Assembly (NCBI RefSeq): GCF_964355755.1
Contig: NC_092674.1
Coordinates: 8,618,001-8,682,000, forward strand
From: Antedon mediterranea
Taxonomy: Eukaryota; Animalia; Echinodermata
Direction of reading: 5' to 3'
Length of the DNA: 64,000 bases
The position numbers and the translations under genes are program-made. The notes below the pieces were generated by a model. The model was not told the origin of the DNA, made no database searches, and worked only from the letters and a program-made list of their open reading frames with translations. Below are positions 12,282-25,080 of this stretch, one piece after another. How positions within the stretch are numbered: position 1 is the first letter of the stretch; every line of letters begins with the position of its first letter.

Positions 12282-15200
12282 GTACTCATTTTTCTAAATT
12301 AAAATTATGTGTACTTAATGCTCGATCCACGCAACGCAAAGCCTCAAGAAAAGGAGTGGAGCAAGTATCTGGAAATGGTGAGACGAGTACTAAATCCACA
12401 GAAAAGCATAGGTCTATAGAAAAAGCACATCTTAATTTTGGCGTTCTAAATGCACGTTCACTGCGTAACAAGTGTGATGAATTTGTGGACTTAGTTGTTA
12501 GCTATAATCTAGATGTAGTGGCGGTGTCTGAAACCTGGTTAAGACCAGATGATGATCTTGTGATTGGAGATTTAACTCCACTAGGATATCGCTTTGTGCA
12601 TGTCCCTAGGGTGGACAAAACTGGGGGTGGTGTTGGAATTCTGTCTAAGTCAAGCTTAGTTGTTAACTTGAAAACGGATGTACATACATATGCATCATTT
12701 GAGGCTATACATGTGCATATTACGTCTAACTCGAAATCTCTTCGTTTAGTTAACATATATCGACCACCAACCTTGTCTGTTACAGAGTTCCTAAATGATT
12801 TTGAAAAAATGTTGTTTGACTTTATTCTCTTTTCGTCTGAAATTGTTTTCTGCGGAGACTTTAATATCCATATGGATAATAAAAAAAATGTGGCAGCGGA
12901 TAGATTTAAAACACTGCTTAGATCGTTTGGTCTCCAGCAGCATATAAATGAACCCACACACTGTAGTGGGCACTGCCTCGACCTTATCATCACTAGAGAT
13001 GATCTACTTCTCTCGGATGTAAAGATGCACCCTGGCCTGTCAGATCATTTTGCCATATTTTGCAAGTTTGATCTTAAACGGCCCACAACACACAAAACTG
13101 TAAGAAAAAGTCGCAACCTAAAACAAATTGATATTGATAAATTCACAAATGACATTAAAGCCTGTGTGTCTAATATAACTGATGTAAGTGTAATTCTTGA
13201 AGACAGTGTAGAAAGCTATTCTGATCTCAGAGCTGTACTTGATTTACATGCGCCAGTTCAGAACAAAACAATTAGGCAAAAGGAAGCTAAACCGTGGTAT
13301 ACCGATGAAATTCGATCTGAAAGGAAAGTACGTCGTCAACTTGAACGTAAATGGATGAAATCAAAGCTTCCTAAGGATAGACAGGAATACTGTGTTCAAA
13401 GATGCGTTGTAAATGGACTGATTGAAAAGGCCAAGACGCGGTATTACTCTAGTCTGGTTAGTGACTGCACAGGTGATCAAAAGAAACTTTTCAATATAGT
13501 AAATAAACTTTTACATCACTCCAAGTCATCGGTCCTTCCTTCGTCTGTCTCCGATGAAGCTCTTGCTGAACGATTTTCTGTGTTTTTTGTAAATAAAATT
13601 AAATCAATTCGTGATTCACTAGAAAATGAAAATACTGGCGAAGTTATAACTGCTTCTGATAAATGTAATATATCTTATGGTTTAACTAGGTCTATACGGT
13701 TTTCTCAGTTCGAACCTGCAAGTGATGAGGAAATTTTAAAAATTGTCAAAAATTCTCCCTCTAAATCATGTGCACTTGACCCGGTACCAACTTCACTGAT
13801 TAAGAAATGTACTTCTGCATTTATTCCATTAATCACACATATTGTTAATAAGTCTCTTGAAAGTGGTTCTTTCCCAGAGTCTCTAAAAGTCACCCATGTT
13901 CGACCCACATTGAAAAAAACAGGTCTAGATCCCGAGATTCTGAAAAACTACAGACCTATCTCGAATCTTAGTTTTTTAGGAAAAATAATTGAGAAGGTTG
14001 TTTCTAAACGGATTTTGTCGCATGTACAAAAACATGGCCTACTTGATCCGTATCAATCTGCCTACAAAGCGCATCACAGTACTGAAACGGCATTACTTCG
14101 TGTAAATAATGACATCCTACGTGGGATGGATGATGGAAAGCTAACTGCTCTAGTATTATTAGATTTAAGTGCAGCATTTGATACGGTTGATCATTCTGTG
14201 TTGTTAAATAGACTCAGTACTTATATTGGTATTGAAGGAAATGCACTTGATTGGTGTCGGTCATATTTGGAAAAACGACCTCAACACGTATGTATTGGTG
14301 ATGCTATTTCAAAAGCTTCTTTTCTAAACTTTTCGGTACCACAAGGATCTGTTCTTGGGCCGCAATGGTTTACTATTTATTTACACCCGATACGGGATAT
14401 CATAAGTAAATATGATCTGTGCTATCATGTTTATGCTGATGATACTCAGATTTATATTTCTTTTAAACCTACTATGAAACACAGTGACATTTCTTTGGAA
14501 TTGCTCCAACATTGTATCTATGAATTGCGTGTCTGGATGAAAAACAACTTTCTTAAATTAAATGATGAAAAAACAGAATTTGTTCTCTTTGGATCAAAAC
14601 AGCAGTTGGAAAAACTGCCACCAAGCTTTATTCACATTGGTGAAACCCAAATTGACCCGGCTAGGCAGGTTAGAAATCTTGGGGTTGAAATGGATGTGGG
14701 TATGACTATGATTTCTCATATCTCAAAAACTATTTCTGCGTCGTCTTTTCACTTGCGAAACATTCGAAGGATTCGTAAGTTTATAAATGAGACAGCAGCT
14801 AAACAACTTGTTCATGCTTTTGTCACTTCACGACTAGATATGGGAAACTCTTTGCTATACGGGCTACCACAAAAACAACTCCACAGGCTCCAACTGATTC
14901 AAAATACAGCGGCACGAGTTGTTAAAAAATTACCAAGATATGGACACATATCAAATACTTTGGAAATATTGCATTGGCTCCCTGTTAGGTACCGCATTGT
15001 TTTTAAAATATTACTCTTTGTTTTTAAGTCTATAAATGGCATGGCTCCTGAATATATTTCTGACATGCTTAGGCTGTATGTTCCCGGACGTAATCTGCGC
15101 TCTAGTGACTCGCTGCTTCTACATCAGCCTAAGTCTCACCACTCATGGGGTGACAGAGCATTCTCCGTTACTGCTCCTCGTCTGTGGAATGCTCTACCGA

Positions 15201-15610
15201 GCTCTATAAGATTTTGCAAAACTGTTGATACTTTTAAAAAATTATTAAAAACACATTTATTCATTAAGGCATATGGAAATCATGAGGTTTCTTAAAGTTG
15301 TTTAGACTTAGAATTGTTTTGTATACCTTTTCCTGGCCAGCATTATCTTTGGGGTGCCTCTGTCTTGGTTGTTGTCTCTGAGCACCCGGTCGTCTGTGGC
15401 AAGGCAAATGTGTATCCTGCTCCTTTGTTTGGTCACCTAGGTAGGGGTCCGGGACCGCGACAGAATGACAACGGATGGGGACCCTCCAAAGAAATTGCAT
15501 TTTATTTGCCAGGAATTTGTATGATTTATTTCTTTTTTATTTTTAAATGCGCCTTGAGCACTCTGGAGTGGTATGTGCGCTATAAAAATCTTATTATTAT
15601 TATTATTATT
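11040..15610 (+). mobile_element. Non-LTR retrotransposon, L2/CR1 group, probably 5'-truncated
   Basis: ORF1 (esterase) plus ORF2 (APE-RT), a 3' UTR ending GCGCCTTGAGCAC...GTGCGCTATAAAAATC and a (TTA)n tail at 15591-15610. A possible short TSD ACTGT lies at 11035 and 15611. The 5' end is approximate. Confidence 0.92.
12227..15295 (+). CDS. LINE ORF2p: AP-like endonuclease plus reverse transcriptase
   Basis: Uninterrupted 1022-codon frame. EN motifs: LNARSL, VSETWL, IYRPP, GDFNIH, LDLIIT, SDHF. RT motifs: NYRPISNL, LLDLSAAFDTVDH, VPQGSVLGP, YADDTQ. L2-type C-terminus GDRAFSVTAPRLWNALP...FKKLLKTHLF. Confidence 0.95.
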   Translation: MEPVPGHSPPTAKGHSAISTHFSKLKLCVLNARSTQRKASRKGVEQVSGNGETSTKSTEKHRSIEKAHLNFGVLNARSLRNKCDEFVDLVVSYNLDVVAVSETWLRPDDDLVIGDLTPLGYRFVHVPRVDKTGGGVGILSKSSLVVNLKTDVHTYASFEAIHVHITSNSKSLRLVNIYRPPTLSVTEFLNDFEKMLFDFILFSSEIVFCGDFNIHMDNKKNVAADRFKTLLRSFGLQQHINEPTHCSGHCLDLIITRDDLLLSDVKMHPGLSDHFAIFCKFDLKRPTTHKTVRKSRNLKQIDIDKFTNDIKACVSNITDVSVILEDSVESYSDLRAVLDLHAPVQNKTIRQKEAKPWYTDEIRSERKVRRQLERKWMKSKLPKDRQEYCVQRCVVNGLIEKAKTRYYSSLVSDCTGDQKKLFNIVNKLLHHSKSSVLPSSVSDEALAERFSVFFVNKIKSIRDSLENENTGEVITASDKCNISYGLTRSIRFSQFEPASDEEILKIVKNSPSKSCALDPVPTSLIKKCTSAFIPLITHIVNKSLESGSFPESLKVTHVRPTLKKTGLDPEILKNYRPISNLSFLGKIIEKVVSKRILSHVQKHGLLDPYQSAYKAHHSTETALLRVNNDILRGMDDGKLTALVLLDLSAAFDTVDHSVLLNRLSTYIGIEGNALDWCRSYLEKRPQHVCIGDAISKASFLNFSVPQGSVLGPQWFTIYLHPIRDIISKYDLCYHVYADDTQIYISFKPTMKHSDISLELLQHCIYELRVWMKNNFLKLNDEKTEFVLFGSKQQLEKLPPSFIHIGETQIDPARQVRNLGVEMDVGMTMISHISKTISASSFHLRNIRRIRKFINETAAKQLVHAFVTSRLDMGNSLLYGLPQKQLHRLQLIQNTAARVVKKLPRYGHISNTLEILHWLPVRYRIVFKILLFVFKSINGMAPEYISDMLRLYVPGRNLRSSDSLLLHQPKSHHSWGDRAFSVTAPRLWNALPSSIRFCKTVDTFKKLLKTHLFIKAYGNHEVS

Positions 15611-17835
15611 ACTGTATCTCCATTGAGATCTAGCTACTGATGCCCATAGCATTGTAATTTGCCTTTGGATTTTCAAATTTTTATTTTTTATTAATTATAA
15701 TTCGGAAAAATTTGTCATCTAGGTATTTTTTTAACATTGTAATTTTTTTCCAGTATGCCTTCCAATTTATAAATTATAATACTACTAGTATACATAAATA
15801 TTACAAAAATTTGTCAACATTTGTAAGATGTTAGCTTTTTATATGGTATACAGTACTCCTTATGAATATTGTGTGAATATATCAAATACATTTAATAATC
15901 AATGCTTTCTTTATGATTAAAAAAGCGATTTATAAAATGAGCCCCTTCTTGCAGATCTACTTGTAATTTTCTTCAGTCGGTGTGTCATAGAACATTAAAA
16001 TGATTATTCACGGATGAGCATTTACCTACTGTGAATTACGTGATGAAAATGTGTTATAATACTCGCATACGATTGACTCAACATTAATGTAATTATCAAT
16101 ATTAATTACATCATCAACATCATCATCATCATATAAAAACTGTGATGTTATCAAAAATTGTTTAATAATTGGTATATTTGTCATAGATTTATTATAATTA
16201 ATTTTTTGGTTCCTATGGTTACCTAATAGCATCGTTGTGTAAAGTATATTTCTATGGTAACAATGGCGTATACGGGGGCGTATAAAACAAAATTTACAAT
16301 ACTTTTTAATTTTTCTGGAGGATAGGTTGCTTTTATAGATTATCAGCTGCTCAACAATAAAATATCAAATATAATATAATTATAGCTTAAGATATTAAAT
16401 AGTGTATTCTTTGAGTGAAAAATGTATCATTGGCAGGGCAGGTACTGTACAGCATTAAAACTTATCTCATGAAAATCCTTAAAGATGTATTGTCTCTCTG
16501 AAAAAACAATTTTTTTTAATTTTTTTTTTAATATGTCATTTTAATGTCACATAATAGTTATCCTCTTTGACCAAAAATTGGACTGAAACTAAATGTATTT
16601 ACATTAAAAATCAGTAATTTAAAGCAAAAAAAAAAGTCAAATTGACTGCCACAGTGCCAGCAGATTTAATTAATACAGTATTCATTTTTCATGTTTTTGG
16701 GAGACAATATATCTTTAAAAGTTTCAATTTAAAATATGTTAATACTGTAATAGTTCCATACTGTGACTGGTGTTTTATAGATATGTTATTGACCTATTTC
16801 CACTCTACAAAATATGTACAATAAATGCCCACTAGAGCAAATAAATTTGTGTAAAGCAGATGGTATCTGATTACCTGTCCATTACTACTACTTGATGTAA
16901 CAGTTACATGGCTTCGTCAGTGCTTGTAACAGATTATTGCATTTGGGGGGGTGGGGGGTCAATACCATCCACTCACTCTTTCCTCTGCACTCTTATTTTG
17001 ATCTAGTATAGAACTTTGAAACTGTGGAAGATTAGCCTATTTGAAATTGTGGTGTGTTTTCTTTTATTATACACCAGTAATATGGTTATTTTATGTATCA
17101 TACCATAGACCAATCAATAGGTACTGTAGTTTTCAATCCGCAACGACTAAAGCTAAGTATATTAATTCATGGTGCCCAAGTTGGGACATGCTTCCCCACT
17201 CCCCACCTCAACAGTGTTTTGGTGGTTTCTCTGTCCAGGCAGCGATCAACGACATATTAATTGACATGACCTTACTAGGTCGGCAGTTGTTGCAAATCGA
17301 AAGCTCTCCAATGATTCCATGTTGAGGTGGACTTGTAATTGTATGTTCCTCACCATTTTGTAATGTCTCACCATCTGACAGTGCTATTTCATCATACCTA
17401 ACATGGTCATGTGAGAACAAGTTTTCATTTTCTATTTATTAAGTACTCAGCCATTTCGCTATAACTACGTCAACATTTATTATAGTAACTTAAATTTTGT
17501 GCCAGTATTTTATTTCAAGAATAGCTGTTAATGTTAATATGATAACATTATTATTACCCTAGATTTCATATTGACTATCTGTTACATGTTACTGACTGTA
17601 TTCATATTAATATCAATAATACATAATTCATTATAAATAGTACATGAGTTAAGGTGTGAAATATTTTTATTACATCCTTGATGATTTATTGTACGGTTGT
17701 GGTAATTGTATAAAGTGAAAGATGCAATTTCAACTCGTGGGTGTTGTTATGATGGGCCCAGGTGGGTGGGCAACCTACTTTACTTGTTATATTATAGTTG
17801 TATTAGGCCTCAGTGGTCAGGTCAGTGGCATAACA

Positions 17836-18467
17836 CAGGGGCGGATTTTGGGCCCCGGCCCCCCCCCCCCTTTTGTAATATATATATATTATGCACCCAT
17901 TTACATACGATTTTATCAATGATTTTACAGGAAAAGAGGATACAAATCAACATTAAAAATCGTTAAAATCTTCAATTTTTTTTTCAAGTTGAACCGAGTT
18001 CAACTTCAACGTTACGATCGGTAAAACTGACTGACCAATCAAATAGTTCATAAATTACGTCATCATTGTTTGTGAAAAAATACGTACGCGCTGACAATTC
18101 TAGATTTTTTTCAATTTTCACACGGGCCCGGCTGCGCGTGACCGGCTTTGGCTTTGCAAAACTTCACGTCCATGGTGTGTCCTCCCAGGTACGTTGAAAA
18201 AACCAAGAAACCATTAACGATCGGGTAAAAAATACATAAAAATTCGCGACGGAAAAACAGGCTTTAGGCGCAAAAAAAAACAGTTCTGTATATCAAATAT
18301 CATCTATAAAACCCATTATATTCAGATAATTATATGACTAGAATCGACTGGCCAAAAACGCCTCAGATGCTATCTCCGGGCTTCTAGAAAAAAAAATTTC
18401 GGACCCCCCTAGGCGATTATTTTTCCATATCGGCCCCCTCTTTATCGAAATCCTAGATCCGCCCCTG
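17836..18467. mobile_element. hAT-like MITE inserted into the end of another CAGTGGC-terminated element
   Basis: TIRs CAGGGGCGGAT and ATCCGCCCCTG. Flanking TAACA is duplicated (17831-17835 and 18468-18472). Removing the element restores CAGTGGCATAACAGCTATG. Confidence 0.7.
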
Positions 18468-18641
18468 TAACAGCTATGTGTGCTCATAGGCTAAACCTAT
18501 GGCCCAAAATCTTGAGGGCCCCCAGAGCAGCCCCAATGGAACTACCCAGCAGGGGAGAATCCTTTTATGAGTGCTAAATATTTCCCCCTGTTCATTGACA
18601 CCACATGTAACCCAAACTTTGAATTAGATGGAGATTCGGCT

Positions 18642-19000
18642 TTATACGGCTTTACCACGTAGAAACACCGGTTCTCGTCAGATCACCGAAGTTAAGCAAC
18701 GTTGGACCTGGTTAGAGCTTGGATGGGAGACCATCTGGGAATAGCGGGTGCTGTATACGGAGCTGGGGTCCCATTAGGCATTTGAATCAGCACTGCTGAC
18801 TCTTATGGCAGCCCCTGCATCTAGTATCTGCCACAGACCTCTGGTCAAGGTGGGCACTGGACGAGAGAAGCCCTTGATCAATATCAGGACCAATCAAGGT
18901 GCTTTAAACAGTCCTGGCTTTGTTTGTATCAAACCTGTTAGTGGCGGTAATTATCGCTGTTGGTTTCGATTGAATAAAATAAAATAAAATAAAAATAAAA
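18642..19000 (+). mobile_element. 5S rRNA-derived SINE (SINE3-type)
   Basis: 18642-18758 is a full-length but diverged 5S rRNA copy (TACCACGTAGAAACACCGGTTCTCGTCAGATCACCGAAGTTAAGCAACG...CTTGGATGGGAGACC...TGGGAATAGCGGGTGCTGTA). It lacks a T-run terminator and is followed by a body of about 210 bp and an (AAAAT)n tail at 18973-19000. Confidence 0.85.
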
Positions 19001-22000
19001 TTCAACAATAGGTTATCCACCTACTTTAGCTCCCACACTTATAACATAACCATAATTTTCAACCCTGTTATTTATTAGTGTTTTTTTTTTTCATTTCTTT
19101 TTAGATCCAAACAACAAGATGTTTGTCCAAGTTCTAGTTGCTCAACATTGTGAAGTTCTAAGATGGCTGTTAAAAATTCCAAGTTTGAAGACTAAACCCC
19201 AACTACGCCATGATGTTATTGTTTGTGTAACTTCATTCCCATTTTATGTTTGTGGATGCTTTATGGACGTTCTTCCTATAAAGATGTTACAATTTTATTT
19301 TACAGTCAACACATTCAAAACCAGCCATAAACCCTCATGTATAAAATGTTCTTGTTTAAACTGGACATTATTAAAGGCCAAAACTTTTTTCATATTTTAA
19401 AATACATTCTATAACTGGACTTTCTAGAAAACAAGAGGGGAAGCCAAAGGTGTCTGGTTTGGGATATGTTGACTGTATGTTGTTTTATTACTTAATGTGT
19501 TAATCATGGTACTGGTACTACTCACTGTATGGTATGTTATGTGCACTTGTCTGAGCTAGGCAGTGCCTTTACCATTGAGACTAGTGGTGCATTTTGATAA
19601 TATAGTTTCTGTTTTATTAATAATATTAAGGGACTTTTTTCGACAAACCAAACAAAGGCTGTTTCTGTAGCGAGCAATTGACTGTGTGGAAAAAATACTC
19701 TCAATTCTTGAAAAAGGGATAAATTATAATATTAATGGTTAAATGGCATTAATGGTTATGTAATGCCATTTAACCGGTATACTTTCAGCTAGCTGCAATG
19801 AAAATAATGATAATTTATTGATTGATTGATTGACCTGTAGTCAAATGTCATAATTATAATCTTGACCATCAGAGCTCATTGTATTTTGGATATGTTGACT
19901 ATTGTCCAATAAGGGGTTAAGGGGTTATTCAGCATTATTGATTCACCCACAAACCTCACCGACTGAATCTGTGTGATTTCTGAATTTGGGGTGAATTGTG
20001 ATGCTATCACAACACTTACTAAAAATCAGGACATTTCCCAATTGAAAATTTCTTTTCAGAAATTTTCAGTAACCGTTTGGTGTTAACATCTCATAATACA
20101 CTAATTAATAAGTTCACTTTAGGTATTTTTATATGTTACTTATTATTTAAGGCTGAACACAATAAAAATGTGTGGAAAACAAATCTTTATCCACTATAGT
20201 GGGAAACGGTAGCCTAGCAATGCTTAGTGATTCATTTGCCTACACAAACCCACCCGTAACCCATTTCTATCCCTCCTAATAACCCCTACCGTTCTACCCA
20301 CCACCTTATTATTTTTTTTTTCTTTGTTTAAATAGCCCACCATAATTTATTTAAATATTCAAAAACTTTTGACCAATCAAAACTACTTTAAATAAAGAGG
20401 CTTAAAACAAATTAACTATAAAAATATAAGCTATAATTTTTAAAACAAAAACTTTTTTTTTATTAACAGCTTATGTAACATACTTTATATAATATTCTTG
20501 ATACAGTATGTGTAACATTTATTTTAATTAACAAAGGGAATTTTACTTTTAATAAAAACTATATACTATAAAAATGTAAGGTAAACTAGATAAAACACAA
20601 TGTGTTTCAAGTTTTATTTGGCTGAAGTAAATTTTTCTAATTTTACTTTGTTTAAGTTAAGTTTTAAAATACATATAAAATTAAGTCAGTATGTTAAAAT
20701 AATGATAATTCAATATTTATAAAGTATCCATTCTATAAAGACGTATCCAAACGTTCAGTTATAATTAGACATATCATCTAATCAATGATTAACAAGATTT
20801 TTTAAGCTCACAAAAACTTAATGTAATTTGCCAACACACATTTCCTAAACTTTTCTTCCTTTTGAGAGGCATCCTGACACCGATAATCAATTTTATCTCT
20901 TGTTTTTATAATTTAATTTCAAAATATGTTTTTAGGCTTTCTATAATAATTTATAATCAATGTTTACATACAATGTTGAATTGTTACAAAAGAAGCGCTT
21001 AGACAAGCAATTGATTATATGAAATATAGTATGTAATTAATCAAATAAAAACTAAAATTACTATGATAATTACATTAGAATTCACAAGTTGACAAACTGA
21101 ACAATTACAATAACTGGGTCTGAGTAACATCATTAAACTCGCATTACAATTTTAAATTTTTTCTTTCGTGATCACCTCTCGTTTGAATCTAGAGGGAGCC
21201 ATTTTCAAATTATTGTCCGATTAAATGTTATTGAGTTTAAAAACCAGATGTTTGAGCCGCAAAACCAGTAGTGTCAAGTGCACATCAATGGCTTCTACAT
21301 TAGTGTGAGTCATCTCGTTTGTCCTTATTGGCTGGCCTGTAAAAAAAAATAGCATTCCTATATAAACTGAGCTAATGGTCAGACCAGCTGTTTTGGCTAT
21401 TATAGACTTTTAAAACTGCCTAGCCTATGGGGAGTTTCCTGCCTAACAAATTCTACACTCCCTTGTAATGTGGTTAGCAATTTGCAGTCATTTTATTACT
21501 CATAAACTAGAAAATGACTGGTTGCTCTATGATTTTGATGTTATCATTGTTCGTAAGGCGTCTTAATGTGATAAAATTAAGCCTATTCACAGTTTGAACT
21601 GGTTACAATCGACTTGGCATACATTTGTAAAAAGGTTTTTAATGTTATTGTAAACACATATAAAACTACTGTAATTTTTCAGCATGCCAGCTGATTCTTT
21701 TCATACATTTTTCATCCTCCGACATAAATATATAAGGTTTGTTATGTGTCCCTTTAAAATCAACAACCCCTTTAAAAGAACAAAGAGACTTCCAGGGATA
21801 AGTGCTTCTTAATTGCCTCGTATGTGACATGAAGTGGTTTGGAAAACCCCCTTAAGCTAAGAGCACATGACCTTTTTAAGGGTGTAAGGGGTCAATGCCT
21901 ACTGGTTAATGTCAAATACAGACTACAAGTCCTTAATAACATCAAATAGTTATTACCAAAAACCATGCAAAGTGTATGTACCATGTAGTGAAGTGAAAGA

Positions 22001-25000
22001 TCCAATACTAAACTATTTCTTTAACTTAGGAAGCCCAGGGTGGGCTTTTAACTGCATCAGTACATAAAATAAAGTTAAGAAACTTTCATTCAGACTTATA
22101 TTTGCCTCTCTACAGTAACAAATGAACTTGTTTTTGTTTTGTTAGCTACACATACTATTATAAGTTTTAAATGATGCTGCTTTTTAATTTTATTTTCTGA
22201 TGCCTGATTGGTCAAACAATGTTTATGTTTATTAGACATGTATTTATAAATTTGTATGCACTGTATATTTTTGTTTTATCTAAGTTTGCCACCAATGTTT
22301 TATCTTCAATCCCTATCTCACCTAACCCATTGTCTCCGAACTTATCTGTCTGTTTCCACCTTACCGAATAAAAACCCCAGAAACTAAAGCTTTCAGAAAG
22401 CCCACCTAACTTACCAAAAAATTATACATGTTTTGGTTTGAGTATTAATTTGTTATTACTGAATATTTCTGTATGAAGATTGGACGCCGTATATAAATAT
22501 ATTAGAGGAGTCGAAAAAACAGTGACCAAAGAAAGTGTATGTATTATTGTAAGACGACAAGCAGAGAAAAGGGTTCCAATGGAAATGTTTAATAATCGGT
22601 TTTGGGTATATTAACATAACAACAATATTGTTACATAAATTATCAATAATTAATTAATCAAGTAGTTATTGTACACGCTAAGGTTTAACTTATTAAGTAA
22701 GATACACTGTTTGTGTTGGAAGGATTTTCATTACACATGTCTTCCTAATATTATTTTAATATTTTAATTATTAAGTTATGTTGTTATCATATCACTACAG
22801 TAAATTAAAATGTCCATGAGTATGGAATGCCAAATTCAGTTTTGCGCTTTTGGCGTTTCATAAATGAAATATTTTAAAGTTTGTAAAATATTTATTATGG
22901 CTCTATGGTCAGCTGTAAGGTCAAATGTAGTTCAGTTGGTATATATTTGTTCTAACCATATGGATAATAGTCATTTCTGTAACAAATTCCTAAAAATGAA
23001 AAATTGTGATCTTTTTTCTGTTGAGGATAATGTTATTGCATTAAGAAACAATGAAAGCATACCACTGCCTATGTGCGTATATAAATATTGTAATTTTTGT
23101 TAATATTCCAACTTTCTCTTTTAAAACTCATTTTTTAACACTTATTTATTTGTTTTATGTCACATGATTCATTTTAGGCTTGGTCCATAGAAAATGATAT
23201 GTTGCCAAAATTCTTAATTTTATTTGATATAAATATACTATTTACAGTAATATACCTGTATACCATTTAAGACTGATGTTTAAGTTATTTTAATAAATTT
23301 GGGTTACATATATACAATAAGATACTGTATTACTGTACAACATTACTACACAGATGACATCCCATAGATAGAATAATGACAAACATTGGTAGTTAAAGCA
23401 TGGTTTCCACTAGCCTACGCAACATAACGCAGCGTAACATTGGTACATGTAGTTAAGTACTAAAAGTAGGCTTACAATACATAAACATTTCTGGAAAAAA
23501 AGTTTAGAATATCTTGCCATCGTTTATTATAAAAAAATTTAATCTTAAAGATTGCGTGTTTAAAATAATTAAACTGATGAAGGATATATTAGATGACTAA
23601 GTGCGAAATTGCCAAAAATTGATATAAAATTTCAAATTATTGAAGGACATGGACATTTTGTTGAACTTTCTGTTGTCTTAATTTCTTTTTTATATTCATT
23701 TGTCATTATTGCTGTTTCTGTTCAGTGACCTTTAAATGAGAAAAGTGGAATTTACTAGAATAACCAATAGAAAGGTTAAAATCTCTGTCTTTTTTCCTTT
23801 TTATGTTGGTTTTTGTTTGGTTTCTACATGGAAGAGTCTGATTTCAATATTATATTTTCTGTCCATTTTTTTTTTGTAATTTTATATTACACATAGTTAC
23901 CTAGTGTATGTTATATTTTGTTTGTATAAACTTGACACGTTATCAAATGTACTATATTATAATCATAAAAACAAGGATAAAAATAATTAATAAGATGGTA
24001 TACTATTATGAATTTCAATACTAATTGGGGCGTTGTTTGTATCAAATACTGAATTGTAATACTTTGTACACAGGTTTAGATATTAAGCAGGGCTTGCCTC
24101 CAATTAGGGACCGTTTCTACTAAAGGTCTATATTTTGTGGTTTGGATTGATAAACACAACCTATGTTCTTTATGGTCTTAACTTATTCTAATTATTGACC
24201 AACATTGATCTTTTATTGTTTGTCAAAAGTTAAATATCAATGGTCCACAATTAGAAACATAAAATGCTAAAATGTTGTTGAATCTATACAGTTTGACAGA
24301 AACAATGAATAAATGAATATTTTGTCCATAATAGTCCTTTTTTTATAAACCAAAATTTACAGAATCTCTTCTCCCAACATTTGCTTAGTTAAAGTTAATG
24401 TCGAAATTATTTACCGCTTTTAACAATCAACAGATTGTCCCAAAGCGATTAAAATAAAATTGAGATGAGAGAGAAAACAAATTTAGTTTATACTAAAACG
24501 TTTGGAATTGACAGTATCAATGAATATATGGTCCAACAATGGTCCTTAATTGGAGGAACGCCCGTATTTTGGTTGTTTAAGACAACAAATGTAGGTAAAA
24601 TAAAGTAATTTGTGGAGTGGTTGCCAGTTATTTTTATATAAGGTAGATAAAGAAAATATGGTTGATGACGGATCGTCGTAATTCCATATCTGTTGTATAA
24701 TCTTTTTTGAAAAGTAGGAATTATTTGACTTTTGAAATAAAAAATTAACATTATTACTCAAAATGGTATTTTTCATTGATGAAGTTTATTCAGCATTGAG
24801 AAACTTACGTCCTTTTCCAAGGACCAGCAGTGTTTTTGTTAAAGCAGGTAAGAAAATGTTGGCCTATATGATTTAATTTTAATAAGAATAATAAGAATGA
24901 AAAGCATTTAGTAAAAGCGATACATTAATCGAAACTAAACTAATCAATTATTATTCTACCTTGAAAATGTCATCTTTCATCACGTTCAAATCATGAAATG

Positions 25001-25080
25001 TTTCTTTCAGATATACTATATTACTGTACAATAATACAATTGTTCAAAAACACATTTTTGAGAAAGACCAAAAGTCCCAC

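Noticed and set aside
12052-15676. Antisense and 3'-UTR ORFs overlapping the LINE
   Set aside because: They are shadow frames of ORF1/ORF2 or short frames without motifs.
17208-17432. Minus-strand 70-aa ORF as a possible exon (also 7581-7787 and 1293-1511)
   Set aside because: No recognisable homology, weak splice acceptors, and no consistent gene model can be built.
18642-18758. Functional 5S rRNA gene
   Set aside because: It is a single copy with several substitutions and no oligo-T terminator, and it continues into a SINE body and tail.
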